Part shown: positions 37,932-49,070 of the stretch, one piece after another
How the letters are laid out: each line of letters starts with the position of its first letter
Position numbering within the stretch: the first letter of the stretch is position 1
Assembly: GCF_052425735.1 (NCBI RefSeq)
Contig: NC_135768.1
Location: forward strand, 16,926,001 to 16,990,000
Source: Oculina patagonica
Taxonomy: Eukaryota
Reading direction: 5' to 3'
DNA: 64,000 bases
The notes under the pieces: generated by a model
Database searches by the model: none
What the model saw: only the letters and a program-made list of their open reading frames with translations
What the model was told of the DNA's origin: nothing
Made by a program: the position numbers and the translations under genes

Positions 37932-38385
37932 TTATTCTTGATATGTTTGTGTACATAGGAGTTTTCTTGCTGTCTTTATAACTGCAGTTCGAAGCTCGCG
38001 AAGACGCCAACAGTACAATATTGGATTGATAGAGGAGTTCATAATCACTACCGTCGTAGCAAAGTTCCATTCTGTTTTCCAGTGCCTGTATGATATTCCA
38101 TAGAGAGACCGTATGATATATATCGGGAAATAACATAAAACCAATGCGACATAGAACACAAATGTGTTAAATGCACTTCTTTTTAATCGCATCATGTTTA
38201 AGTTACCTTCTGTATTGAGAATTTGCACTGCTTGTTGTTGAGAGTGAACCTGTGACTGATGATCACGAACGATTCGGTAAATTCTAGTGTAGCAAAAAGT
38301 GGAAATTATAAGGCAAATGGCAGTTATAGCAGCGGCTAGCAGGCTCCCCGCACGATTATTCCAAAGGTATAGATTGGAAAAAACA
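37932..38385 (-). pseudogene. 5'-deleted GPCR (end of TM4 to C-terminus; R8, sister of R11)
   Basis: Open frame from LWNNRAGSLLAAAITAICL to ..CTQTYQE*; at ~38385 the sequence jumps to the equivalent of ~45580, a deletion of about 1.5 kb. Confidence 0.9.
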
Positions 38386-38589
38386 AAACAAAAACGTTAA
38401 ATCTGTTTTTCATCTCAAAACTATTTTTTTAATACAGCCGACCTTAGTTGAGCAAGAATCCGCAAAATTGTCTCTTACTGTGGTAGTAAAAACATAGGGG
38501 AACAACATACATAACAAATAGTACATAACCAAATTTGGAACAAATATCCAAGTTTGTAGGGTGACATCCAACATTTGGTTTCATTCATA

Positions 38590-38857
38590 TTAGTCCTGTC
38601 CTGCTTGTTTGCATATCATCTGCCTTGTTGTCTTTATAACTGCTGCTCGAAGCTCGCCAAGACGCCAGCAGTACAAAACTGGATTGATAGAGGAGTTCAT
38701 AAACACTATCGTAATAGCAAAGTTCGATCCTTTTATCCAGTTGTATATGAAGCTCGGCCATATAATGTCAATATGATAAACATGGGAAAATAACATGATA
38801 TTAAAACGATAAAAAACACAAACGTATTTTTTGCACTTCTTCTCAATCGCAGCATGT
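38590..38857 (-). pseudogene. GPCR 3' fragment (ICL3 to C-terminus) with a -1 frameshift (R9, sister of R12)
   Basis: Shares the diagnostic NWIKGSNFAITIV with R12; one base is missing at ~38745; truncated by a MITE. Confidence 0.9.
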
Positions 38858-38858
38858 T

Positions 38859-39285
38859 AGGGCCTCTTCACATGATCCCGGTTGACCGGGCTGGCCCAGT
38901 TACCAAGATCTCGGCTCACTCCTATTTTCTTTGTAAAATTTTGGATGTGTTCATATGAGAAGGTGGGCCAGCCCGGTTACCGATATCTCGGTTTCTGCAA
39001 CCGAGATCTCGGCAACCGGGAAGAATATTTTCCCATATGAACACTCCAGCCCGGTCGCCGGGACGCAACTTTTTTTGAGAAAATAGCTTCCCTTTCGTAA
39101 CTGGGTGGTCAAAATTGCTTAATTTTGCCTTGTATCTATTTCCACTTCAGAAATATGCGAATTAGCTTTATTAATAAAGTTACAAGGGTCAATAAAGCTA
39201 CGATAGTCGCGAAAGATGCAACTTTATGTGTCGCCATTTTGGCTTTGTTTCTTGAATTTTATCCCCGTCAACCGGGCTAAAATTT
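38859..39285. mobile_element. Truncated PIF/Harbinger-like MITE at the duplication junction
   Basis: Starts TTA-GGGCCTCTTCACATGA; repeated ACCGGG/CCCGGT, GATCTCGG and CATATGA motifs; no right TIR. Confidence 0.65.
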
Positions 39286-39308
39286 TTTTTGCTAAAATGT
39301 ATGCCGGC

Positions 39309-39740
39309 CAGTCGGCAACAGACCCGTTGTTACTTTAAACCATTGGAACTTGAATTTCAATGATCTTAAATTCGAAGCAAAGGTTCCTCGAGATTCGTAA
39401 AATTTCCTTGGCCTTCAAAAAAATTACTTACAAAGGTGAAGATTCGATTAAAGCAAGCTGCGTTGTGTTGTTTAATAATTGTAAGGAAGACTTTTCTCTT
39501 CTGTTTTCCACTCGATTTGTATATCAGTCGGCAACAGACCCGTTGTTACTTTAAACCATTGGAACTTGAATTTCAATGATCTTAAATTCGAAGCAAAGGT
39601 TCCTCGAGATTCGTAAAATTTCCTTGGCCTTCAAAAAAATTACTTACAAAGGTGAAGATTCGATTAAAGCAAGCTGCGTTGTGTTGTTTAATAATTGTAA
39701 GGAAGACTTTTCTCTTCTGTTTTCCACTCGATTTGTATAT
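39309..39740 (+). repeat. Perfect 2 x 216-bp tandem duplication
   Basis: 39309-39524 equals 39525-39740; single copy in block A (~34965-35190). Confidence 0.95.
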
Positions 39741-40456
39741 GCAGGTCAAACAATCGTCTTTGTACATCTGTTTTAAAAAAAAATTCACATCAAAAAAAGG
39801 GAGCGAAAATTTAATAAATTGAAAACAGGAACATCACGCCCACCACAAGCTATATTTATTTAGCAGTTCATTAATAATGCGAAGCCTCAATTCTATATAA
39901 CAGTTATTTCTGGACCGAGATTAATCTTGTTTTAATCCCATTGTCACGCAGTTTTGGCATCTTAGACAGTCGAGTATAATGAGCACTTTGATCAAGAATC
40001 ACGGGCGGTCCGGTCTTCTTGATTTTCTGTAGAATGTCCAATGGTCAATATTCAGTAGTTTTCAATAAACTGAAAAGAAACTTTGTTTTCTATAAGACAT
40101 GCCATGTGGCGTAATGATTTTTTGATAATAAATAAAGAAATTCAATGTAAGCAATGCGATTGAAAACCTTTCTGCTAATCTCCATCAGGCGATGAAGACT
40201 TAAGCAGTATAACAGCCGAAACGTCGCAATCAATACCTCAAGGCAAAATAATGCTCTCATCAAAAAAACATTTTTCTATTACAACAGGGTTGAACTGTTC
40301 GAATGATGGATACCCTATTCAGTGGATAAATCGCTATCCGCCTGTGGATAAATGTTAACAAAACATTCTACGCTATCCACTACATAGCGTTATCCATCCT
40401 TCGAATAACTGGACCCTGACCTGGGCCTCACTGTAATCCACGAAACTTTTGTTTAT

Positions 40457-40937
40457 TAAAGCTTTAAAGAGAATCGTTTAAAGCGCAGTTAATGGAGCGT
40501 GACGCTCCCGAGGCCTTCGGTTAAGTCTCGCAGCGACTTCCCCAAGCTTCGTTTAGTAAACTTATTTTACGCTCTTTATGCCTTTTCTTGTCCGATCCAG
40601 CACGTGCCGGCGGAGTCGGCTCGTAGTGCTGGGGAGATAAGTAAGGCTCGTGAAGTCACAATTGTCTATACTCTAGCACGTTGCTGACCGGAGGTCAGCT
40701 CGTAGTGCCGTTTAGAGTTAGGCTTATAGGACGCGTAAGCTTATGACCCTGCCAACTTGTCCGATCCAGCGCAGGTTTTACCGCTGGGGAGATAAGTTTG
40801 GTAACGCAATGGAAGTTCGCTTGTCACGCCGATTGCGGAGCGGTGATCCCCCCCTTAATGCCATATACTGTGTGGTTATTGTGTTTATTTACTTTATAAA
40901 TGTCCAAAGCGAATTTGCATAGGAACTGTGACATTAA
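40457..40937. mobile_element. ~480-bp GC-richer segment absent from block A, LTR-like
   Basis: Block A reads GTTTAT|CGTGATAG. ATTAA occurs at both ends, the right end reads TGTCAC on the minus strand, and internal repeats include CTTGTCCGATCCAGC x2, GGGGAGATAAGT x2 and GCTCGTAGTGC x2. Confidence 0.7.
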
Positions 40938-40966
40938 CGTGATAGAAACATGAAGTTTCTTCCATT

Positions 40967-41887
40967 TTAGTCCTGACCTGTTTGTGTACAAAGAATCTTC
41001 TTTGCTATCTTTACAATTTCCGTTCGAAGCTCGCGAAGACGCCAACAGTACAAAAATGGATTGATAGAGGAGTTCATAAACATTACCGTAATAGCAAAGT
41101 TCCATTCTATTTTCCAGTTCTGGTATGATGTTCCATATAATGTCAATAAAACATAAATTGGAAAATAACATAATATTAAAACGATATAAAACACGAACGT
41201 GTTTATTGCACTCCTTCTCAATTGCATTATGTTTAAGTTATCGCCAAGGTTGGAATTTTGCACCGCTTGTTGTTGAGCATTAATCTGTAACTGATGATGA
41301 CGAACAATCTGATAAATTCTGACGTAACAAAAAGTGGAAATTGTCAGACAAATGACATTCAAAACTGCGACTAACAGGAAAAAGGCACGCTCGTTCCAAA
41401 GGTAGAAACCTGGCAAAACGAAGATGGTCGACCAAATCATCACTACAGTACACTGAACACGGGATTTAGTAACCAAAGTACGATATCTCATGTGGTAGTG
41501 AAGGGCCATAAATTGATCCAAAGTGATGGCGGTTATTGTACCTTGGGAAATTCCACAAAACAAAACCACTGTCATTTCCGAAAGATGGTATACGACAACA
41601 TTGTTGTATTCGGTAAGTTCGTTGGCGATAAAAAGCGGTTGAGCTGTGACGCCAACAAAAAGATCAGAAACAGCAAGACTGCAAAGCATAATCATTGAAT
41701 TTGAGCGAATGGAAGGAGTTCTTATTATGGCGACCAATACTAAACCGTTGCCAAGAATAGACATGAGCATCAAAGGAACATTCAGACTACAGTTTATGAT
41801 TACAATTGTATCAATACCAGTGTGGTCTTTGCCCTTGCCTTCATCGATTTGGTTTCTCGTTTTGCCATAATCATGTCTTGCAGACAT
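40967..41887 (-). CDS. Intronless class A GPCR, 306 aa (R10), DRF changed to DQF
   Basis: Intact 7TM ORF; TM3 reads CGISQGTITAITLDQFMAL. Confidence 0.93.
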   Translation of the reverse strand: MSARHDYGKTRNQIDEGKGKDHTGIDTIVIINCSLNVPLMLMSILGNGLVLVAIIRTPSIRSNSMIMLCSLAVSDLFVGVTAQPLFIANELTEYNNVVVYHLSEMTVVLFCGISQGTITAITLDQFMALHYHMRYRTLVTKSRVQCTVVMIWSTIFVLPGFYLWNERAFFLLVAVLNVICLTISTFCYVRIYQIVRHHQLQINAQQQAVQNSNLGDNLNIMQLRRSAINTFVFYIVLILCYFPIYVLLTLYGTSYQNWKIEWNFAITVMFMNSSINPFLYCWRLRELRTEIVKIAKKILCTQTGQD

Positions 41888-43095
41888 TGTACGACTGTAT
41901 CGAACAGTTCAGATGGCGGTTACCAGTTTAAATCGTTATAACAGTTATAACACCGCTAACACTTGCTTTCATATTACCTAAACTGAGTTTCATCAATAAA
42001 TTTCGCTCTTACTTCATATTTTGTATGCCAGTCGACAAACCTTTTGTGACATCCTTTGAAACAATTGGTACTGGAATATAAATAATTTCGAATTGAATAC
42101 GAGCATTCTTCGTATAATTTCCTTAGCCTTCGTAAGAAATTGTTCTGAAGGATGGTTACTTTGAAGGGTTTCGACTAAAGCAGGTTGCACTATTTTTTTT
42201 AATTTTAAGGTGAACTTTTTTCCTTTGTTAAGCACTCCATTCGTATATGCAAGTCAAACAATCGCCTTTTTACATCTCTTCTCAAGGAAATTAACATTAA
42301 AAAGGGGAAAGAAAACTATATAAATGGAAAAAATGAACATCACCCCAACCGTAAAAACATATTTATTTGGCACTTCATTAATAGTAGGAACCCTTAATTC
42401 TATATAAAAGTTATGAAGGGCTATGTCATGCAGTTTTGGCGTCTCAGACAGTCAGCTATATTAAGCATTTTAATCAAGAATTCACGGGCGGTTTGGTCTC
42501 CTTTGATTTTCAGCAGATTGTCCAAAATCCAATTGTCATTCAACTTTGGTAAATATTCAGTTGTTTTTGATAAACTAAAAAAGAAACCCCATCAGAATAG
42601 ACATCAGAGTAAATAATCAGAGGATTGTTGATTCAGTGTTTGTAATGCGATTGAATGCCTTTTAGTAGAGGGAATAAGGTCCCAAGAAAAAAAAATAAAA
42701 TTATTGACGGTTGGAATCGATTACCGCTAAATGTGTACATAGATATAGTAACATATTGTTAACGCTAGTGCAACCAACTTTTTCTAATTCATCATCAATT
42801 CTTGCCTTTGCCTTTTTTTTTTCAGAAATAGCTTGTTGCTGTAGTCCTTATGTTAAACTTTTCTGATGAAGGAATGTTCCTAAAATTTTACAGCAACAAA
42901 AAAGGTAAATGTGTTATTTTCTGATCTGGCGTTTGCCGCTTTTCTTTACGGCAGTCATCTTTTGTCAGATTCTGATTATATAAAATAATAGATGAATTAC
43001 ACTAGGAAAGCGAAAGATCTATTATCTTCTTTGCTGTCAGCTTTTAATTCACTATCAATGCCTTTTCCTCGTGTGAGTAAAAAGCTTTTAAACAC

Positions 43096-43441
43096 AATAT
43101 TGCAAAAAATTTGAATGTTCCTAAAATACATATTCAACAGCAAAAGACAGATCAGGTTTCTCAAAGGGAAGTCGAAAAGTTATATAAATCAGGTTTTTAC
43201 CTGTTTAGGCACAAACAGGCATTTATACTAGACTTCGGTATTAACCACAATTTTGTTACCGTAATTAACATAATTATTTGCAAAAAATTTGAATGTTCCT
43301 AAAATATATATTCAACAGCAAAAGACAGATCAGGTTTCCCTTAGGGAAGTTGGAAAAGTATATAAATATGGTTTTTACCCGTTTAGGCACAAACAGGCAT
43401 TTATACTAGACTTCGGTATTAACCACAATTTTGTTACCGTC
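43096..43441 (+). repeat. Imperfect 2 x 178-bp tandem duplication
   Basis: TTGAATGTTCCTAAAATA.ATATTCAACAGCAAAAGACAGATCAGG at 43111 and 43289. Confidence 0.92.
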
Positions 43442-43625
43442 ATTTACCTATCTATATTACAAAGAAAGGCTCCACTATTGCAAATAATGATCTCCTTTGC
43501 AGTTCGGTCCGTCCAAAGCAGCTCACCAAATTCATTTTGGAATCAAAGAGAATTTAATTTTGTCCCGTAACATCCAGCTGCATACACAGAACGTCTGGCT
43601 GGCTCTTAAGAATCTAATTTTATTC

Positions 43626-44534
43626 TTAATCTATTTCTGTACATAGCATCTTCCGTGCTGTCTTAACAATTGCCGCTCGAAGCTCGCGAAGACGCCAACA
43701 GTACAATATTGGATTAATTGAGGAGTTCATAAACACTACCGTCGTAGCAAAGTTCCATTCTGTTTTCCAGCGCCTGCATGATATTCCATGGAGAGACCGT
43801 ATGATATATATCGGGAAATAACATATAATCAAAGCGACATAGAACACAAATGTGTTCATTGTACTTTTTTTTAATCTCATCATGTTTAAGTTACCTTCTG
43901 TATTGAGACTTTGCACTGCTTGTTGTTGAGAGTGAACCTGTGACTGATGATGACGAACGATTCGGTAAATTCTAGTGTAGCAAAAAGTGGAAATTATAAG
44001 GCAAATGGCAGTTATAGCAGCGGCTAGCAGGCTCCCTGCACGATTATTCCAAAAGTTTAGATTGGACAAAACAAAAATTGTAACCCAAATCATCACTAAA
44101 GTATACCACACACGGGATTTAGTCACTAAAACAGCATATCTCATGTGATAATGAAGAGCCAGGTAGCGATCAACAGTTATGGCTGTTATCGTGCATAGAG
44201 ATATTCCGCTCAGAGAGATCCCCAAAATCTGCGAAAGATGGTATATAAAGGCGTCACTGTCCTTAGTAAGTTGTCTGGCAGTAAAAAGCGGTTGAGCTAT
44301 GACACCAACAAGGAGATCTGTTACAGCAAGACTACCGAGCATAATCATCGAGGTTGAGCGAATGGAAGGAGTTCTTATAATGGCGACCAATACCAAAGCG
44401 TTGCCCAGAATGGATATGAGCATCAGAGGAGCATTGAGAACACAGTTTATGATGACAATCGCATTAATACTGGTGTGGTCTTCAAAGTTTGAATGATATG
44501 CTGATCCGTTCTTTTCGTTATCAGTGTTGTTCAT
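43626..44534 (-). CDS. Intronless class A GPCR, 302 aa (R11)
   Basis: 7TM; canonical DRY, NSSINPILYCWR. Confidence 0.96.
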   Translation of the reverse strand: MNNTDNEKNGSAYHSNFEDHTSINAIVIINCVLNAPLMLISILGNALVLVAIIRTPSIRSTSMIMLGSLAVTDLLVGVIAQPLFTARQLTKDSDAFIYHLSQILGISLSGISLCTITAITVDRYLALHYHMRYAVLVTKSRVWYTLVMIWVTIFVLSNLNFWNNRAGSLLAAAITAICLIISTFCYTRIYRIVRHHQSQVHSQQQAVQSLNTEGNLNMMRLKKSTMNTFVFYVALIICYFPIYIIRSLHGISCRRWKTEWNFATTVVFMNSSINPILYCWRLRELRAAIVKTARKMLCTEID

Positions 44535-45779
44535 TATACTGCCATTATATATTTGCCAGCAAGCAAATTAGACGCTTAAAAACCTTTTAACATCAGAGAA
44601 GCCGGTGATCATCACAGGCCAGTCTATTGCCTGGAATCGTTGGGGCTCGATAATATATTGCCTAATCCATGAATAAATTCCTCTTTTACGTCGCATTATG
44701 TATTCTAATCGAGAGACACCTTATGACATCAGTAGAAATTTTATTAAATATCTGTCTCATAGGGTCTTACAATAATTGGTATTGGTAGTCTTCGTATTGG
44801 TTTAGCGAAAGAGGAGACATCTTATAGTTTTAGTGATAGGATTAAATTAAGGCTTTTATCTTTTGTTTGCCGCACAAAGTTGGCATATGAATTAGACAAA
44901 CTCATTTCATCTATTGCGACAAAAAAACGAGAAACAAAAAAAAAAATAAAATACGCCCTGAATGTATTTATTTAGCTCTTTGTTAATCCCCATAACAGTT
45001 ATTGGGAACTATCCTATTTTCCATATAGCAGTATCATGGTTTTAAGACTGAGGTCTTAATAAATGGTTGGGATTTTGATAACTTTGCCTAGATCACAGTA
45101 TCGCTGGTGAAACAAGAAACAGTTTTCTTTTAACCAAAGACGAACAGACTTGATAAAAAGCTAGCCCAACTGTTTATTCAGTAGATCGTTAATGGGTGTT
45201 CCAGTCAAAAAAAATGTCAGCTCAAACGTTATATTTTATTGTGGTTCCGATTAAACTCTAAGCCAAAAACTAATTTCTTTAATAACTGTATGCATTAAGA
45301 TCTATCAGCGATATCGGTAAATAAATATTTAAAAAAATCGATCATTCACTACTTTTATTTCATTGAACTATCCTATTGTTTCTTGATCTGGTATCTAAAG
45401 CGCTTTACAAACGTTTTCTATCTATATATATATTTTAATTAAAATGATTTTGAGAATCTTCCTGGGATATTTATAGTAGAAAAACCATTAACATGTGCTG
45501 AACGGGAAGATATTCTAAACTCATCAACTCACGTTTCTTTTTATCATCGATGTACAACATTTACGGAAAGAATTAGACCAAACTTTCAATCTGGTTTTCA
45601 TCTCAAAACGTTTATCTTGATATACACGAACCTACTTTCGCTAGAATCCGCAAAATTGATTCTCATTGTGCTAGAAAAAAACGAGAGGGGAACAACATGC
45701 ATAACAAATAGTACATAGCCAAATATGGAACCAGTATTCAACTTTGTAGGGTGACATTCAACATTTGGTTGCTTTCATA

Positions 45780-46726
45780 TTAGTCCAGTCCTGTTCATTT
45801 GCATATAATCTGCCTTGTTGTCTTCATAACTGCTGCTCGAAGTTTGCCAAGACGCCAGCAGTACAATACTGGATTGATAGAGGAGTTCATGAGCACTATC
45901 GTAATAGCAAAGTTCGATCCTTTTATCCAGTTCTTGTATGAACCTCGGCCATATAACGTCAATATGATAAACATTGGAAAATAACATAATATTAAAACGG
46001 TAAAAAACACAAACGTATATTTTGCACTTCTTCTCAATCGCATCATGTTAAAGTTATTGCCAAGGTTGGAACTTTGCACTGCCTGTTGCTGAGCGTCAAT
46101 CTGTGACTGATGGCGACCAACAATTCGATAAATGCTCGCGTAGCAAAAAGTTGAAATTGTCAAACAGATGATATTCAAAACTGCGATTAAAAGGTGAAGG
46201 CACGCTCGTTCCAAAGGTTGAAACTTGGCGAAACGAAGATTGTCACCCAAACCATCAAAACGATAAGCTGGGTGCGGGATTTAGTCACTAAAGTAGCATA
46301 TCTCATGTGATAGTGAAGGGCCATAAATCGATCCCATGAGATTGCTGTTATTGTAGCTAGCGAAACGCCACAAAGCGAATACCCTGTCATGAATGCAAGA
46401 TTGGATACGAAAACATTGCAATTGTTGGTAATTTTGTTGGCAATGAAAAGTGGTTGAGCTATGACACCAACAAGAAGATCTGAAACAGCAAGACTGCTGA
46501 GCATAATCATGGAATTTGAGCGAATAGAAGGAGTTCTTATTATGGCGGCCAGCACCAAAGCGTTGCCCAGAATGGATATGACCATCAATGGAGCATTCAG
46601 AACGCAGATTATGATGAGAATTGCATCAATACCAGTATAGTCCTGAAAGAGTGTTTCGTGATTGCCTTCAAAGGTTTGGTTTCTAGTACTGCCTTCATCA
46701 TGTCGTGTAAAAAGTAAATCAGACAT
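45780..46726 (-). pseudogene. Full-length GPCR with a -1 frameshift and a late nonsense codon (R12)
   Basis: GCC TT- CAC at ~46197; TGA at 45795-45797 falls five codons before the family stop; start MSDLL at 46726. Confidence 0.87.
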
Positions 46727-48152
46727 TGTAAGATGTTCTTGACAGTTCAGATGGCTGCAATAAACCACCAGTTTACACTTTTCACACTTGGCAAACTGAC
46801 AGGGAGGTCTGCTGCATAACACAGTTAATACTGGCTTTTATACAGCCTGCCGAGTTTTCTCATTTAATCTCGCCCTTTTGTCACATTATGTGTGTGCCAG
46901 TCAATAGACCCTTTGTGACATCTTTTAAAATCATTGGAATTGGCATCTAAATGATTTCAAATTTAAAGCAAACGTTCTTCGACATTCGTATAATTTCCTT
47001 TGCGGTCTATAGAAATTACTTTTAAGGGTGAAGTTTTGATTAAAGCGAGTTGTGTTAATAGTTTTTAAGATAGACGTTTTCTTTCTGTTGAGCACTCTTT
47101 TAATATATGTCGGACTAAAGATTGATTAAACAGAAGAGGGACCATTTTATAGTTTTAGTGATGAGATTAAATTAAAACTTTTATCTTTTGTTTGCCACAC
47201 AAAGTGACCATAATAAGTTAGACAAACTCTTTTCTTTTATTGCAGAAAAAAATAAACATCAAAAGGAAAAACAAAATTAAAGAAATCTACAACACACAAA
47301 TACGCCCTGGATGTATTTATTAAGACATTTTAATAATAATACGAAGTTGTCCTCAAAACAGTAATTGAGCACTATCCTATTTTACATAGCTCTGTTATAT
47401 GTTTAGAGACTCAGGTCTTGGAAAATGGTTGAAATTATCATTGTTTTGCCCTGATAAAAGGCACAATAAACCCGGTACACTGACTAGGAACAGTCCCTTT
47501 TTTAACAAAAGACGCATTGAATTAATATAACAATCAGACCTAATTACTTATTCAGCGCAGTGTTAATGGGTGTTCCAGTCAAATAATGTCAGCTCAAACG
47601 TCATCTTTTATTGTAATTACAATTTTACTCTAAACTGAAAACTAATTTCTTTAAAAGCTATATGCATTAAAATTTATACTTAGCGATTTCGGTATAAGTT
47701 TTATAAAAATTCGATAATACAAAAGTACATTTCAAAAGGAAACTGTCCTATGGTTTTTTTGAACTGGTCTTTAAAGCGCTTTAAAAAAATTTTTTTATCT
47801 ACATTTTAGTAATGAAATATTTTGGAAAATCCTCCTAAAATATTTACAGTAGAAAAATTATAGACATGTTGGCCATAAAGGGCAGATGTGCTAAACACAC
47901 TAAGTCATGTCTTTTTTTATATCAACAATGTACGATATTTACGGAAAGAAGACCAAACCTTTAATCTGGTTTTCATCTCGAAACATTTGTCTATAACACC
48001 CGACCAGAGCTTGCTATAATTCGCAATTTTTGTTCACTGTGATAATTTATAAAGAGAAAAGAGGAACAGCATACATAGCAAATAGCACCTTACCAAAGTT
48101 AAACTAACGTCTTCGTTTGTTCCGAAATATCCAACAGTTAGTTGCTTCCATT

Positions 48153-49070
48153 TTAGTCCTGACCCGTTTGCGTACCTATCAACTGCCTTGCAGTCTTTAT
48201 TACCGCCGTTCGAAGCTCCCCAAGACGCCAGCAATACAAAATTGGATTGATAGAGGAGTTCATAAACACAACCGTGATAGCAAACTTCCATTCTGTTTTC
48301 CAGCTCCTATTTGATGCTCCGTAGAAAGCTAATAAAATATATATTGGAAAATAACATGAAATTAAAACGATATAAAACATAAAAGTGTTAACTGCACTTT
48401 TTCTCAATCGCGCTATGTTAAAGTTACTGCCAAGATTGGAACTCTGCACTGCCTGTTGTTGCGCTTGAATCTGTGACTGATGATGACGAACTATTAGATA
48501 AATTCTGATGTAAGAAAATGTGGAAGTTATAAGGCAAATGCCAATGACAACCGAAGTTAACAGCTTAAGAGCACGCTCGTTCAAAAGGCTTAAACTTGAC
48601 ACAGCGAAGATTGTCAACCAAATCATCATTACAACACACCTTACACGGGATTTAGTAACTAAACTAGCATATCTCATGTGATAATGAAGAGCCATGAAAC
48701 GATCCAAAGTGATGGCTGTTATTGTACCTAGGGAAACTCCACAAAGCGAGAGCACTGTTATCTTTGAAAGGTTGACGACGAAAACATTGTTTTCGTCGGT
48801 GAAGTCTTTGATAATGAAGAGTGGTTGAGCTATGACACCAACGAGAAGATCTGATACAGCAAGACTGCAAAGCATCATCATCAAATTTGAGTGAATGGAA
48901 GGAGTTCTTATAATGGCGGCCAATACCAAAGCGTTGCCCAGAATGGATATGAGCATCAATGGAGCACTCAGTCCACAGTTTATGATGGCTATTGCCTCAT
49001 TACTATTGTGCTCTTCAAAATTCGAATGATATGCTGTTTCGTTTTTTCCGTTATCAGTGTGGTTCATCAT
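48153..49070 (-). CDS. Intronless class A GPCR (R13); likely start MMNH at 49070
   Basis: 7TM; DRFMALHYHMRY, NSSINPILYCWR. Confidence 0.95.
   Translation of the reverse strand: MMNHTDNGKNETAYHSNFEEHNSNEAIAIINCGLSAPLMLISILGNALVLAAIIRTPSIHSNLMMMLCSLAVSDLLVGVIAQPLFIIKDFTDENNVFVVNLSKITVLSLCGVSLGTITAITLDRFMALHYHMRYASLVTKSRVRCVVMMIWLTIFAVSSLSLLNERALKLLTSVVIGICLITSTFSYIRIYLIVRHHQSQIQAQQQAVQSSNLGSNFNIARLRKSAVNTFMFYIVLISCYFPIYILLAFYGASNRSWKTEWKFAITVVFMNSSINPILYCWRLGELRTAVIKTARQLIGTQTGQD

Larger units (their letters stand above)
34960..38857. repeat. Segmental duplication block A (paralogous to ~39300-46060)
   Basis: Colinear spacers, shared MITE and hammerhead remnants, and gene pairs R7/R10, R8/R11 and R9/R12. 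Confidence 0.9.

Noticed and set aside
39360-39776. Two identical short ORFs MILNSKQRFLEIRK..
   Set aside because: They result from the 216-bp tandem duplication of spacer DNA, and the frame is not conserved in the block A copy.
42860-42895. CTGATGA-AGGAA..TTCC as a hammerhead
   Set aside because: It is followed by TAAA rather than GAAA and has no stem I, so it is probably chance.
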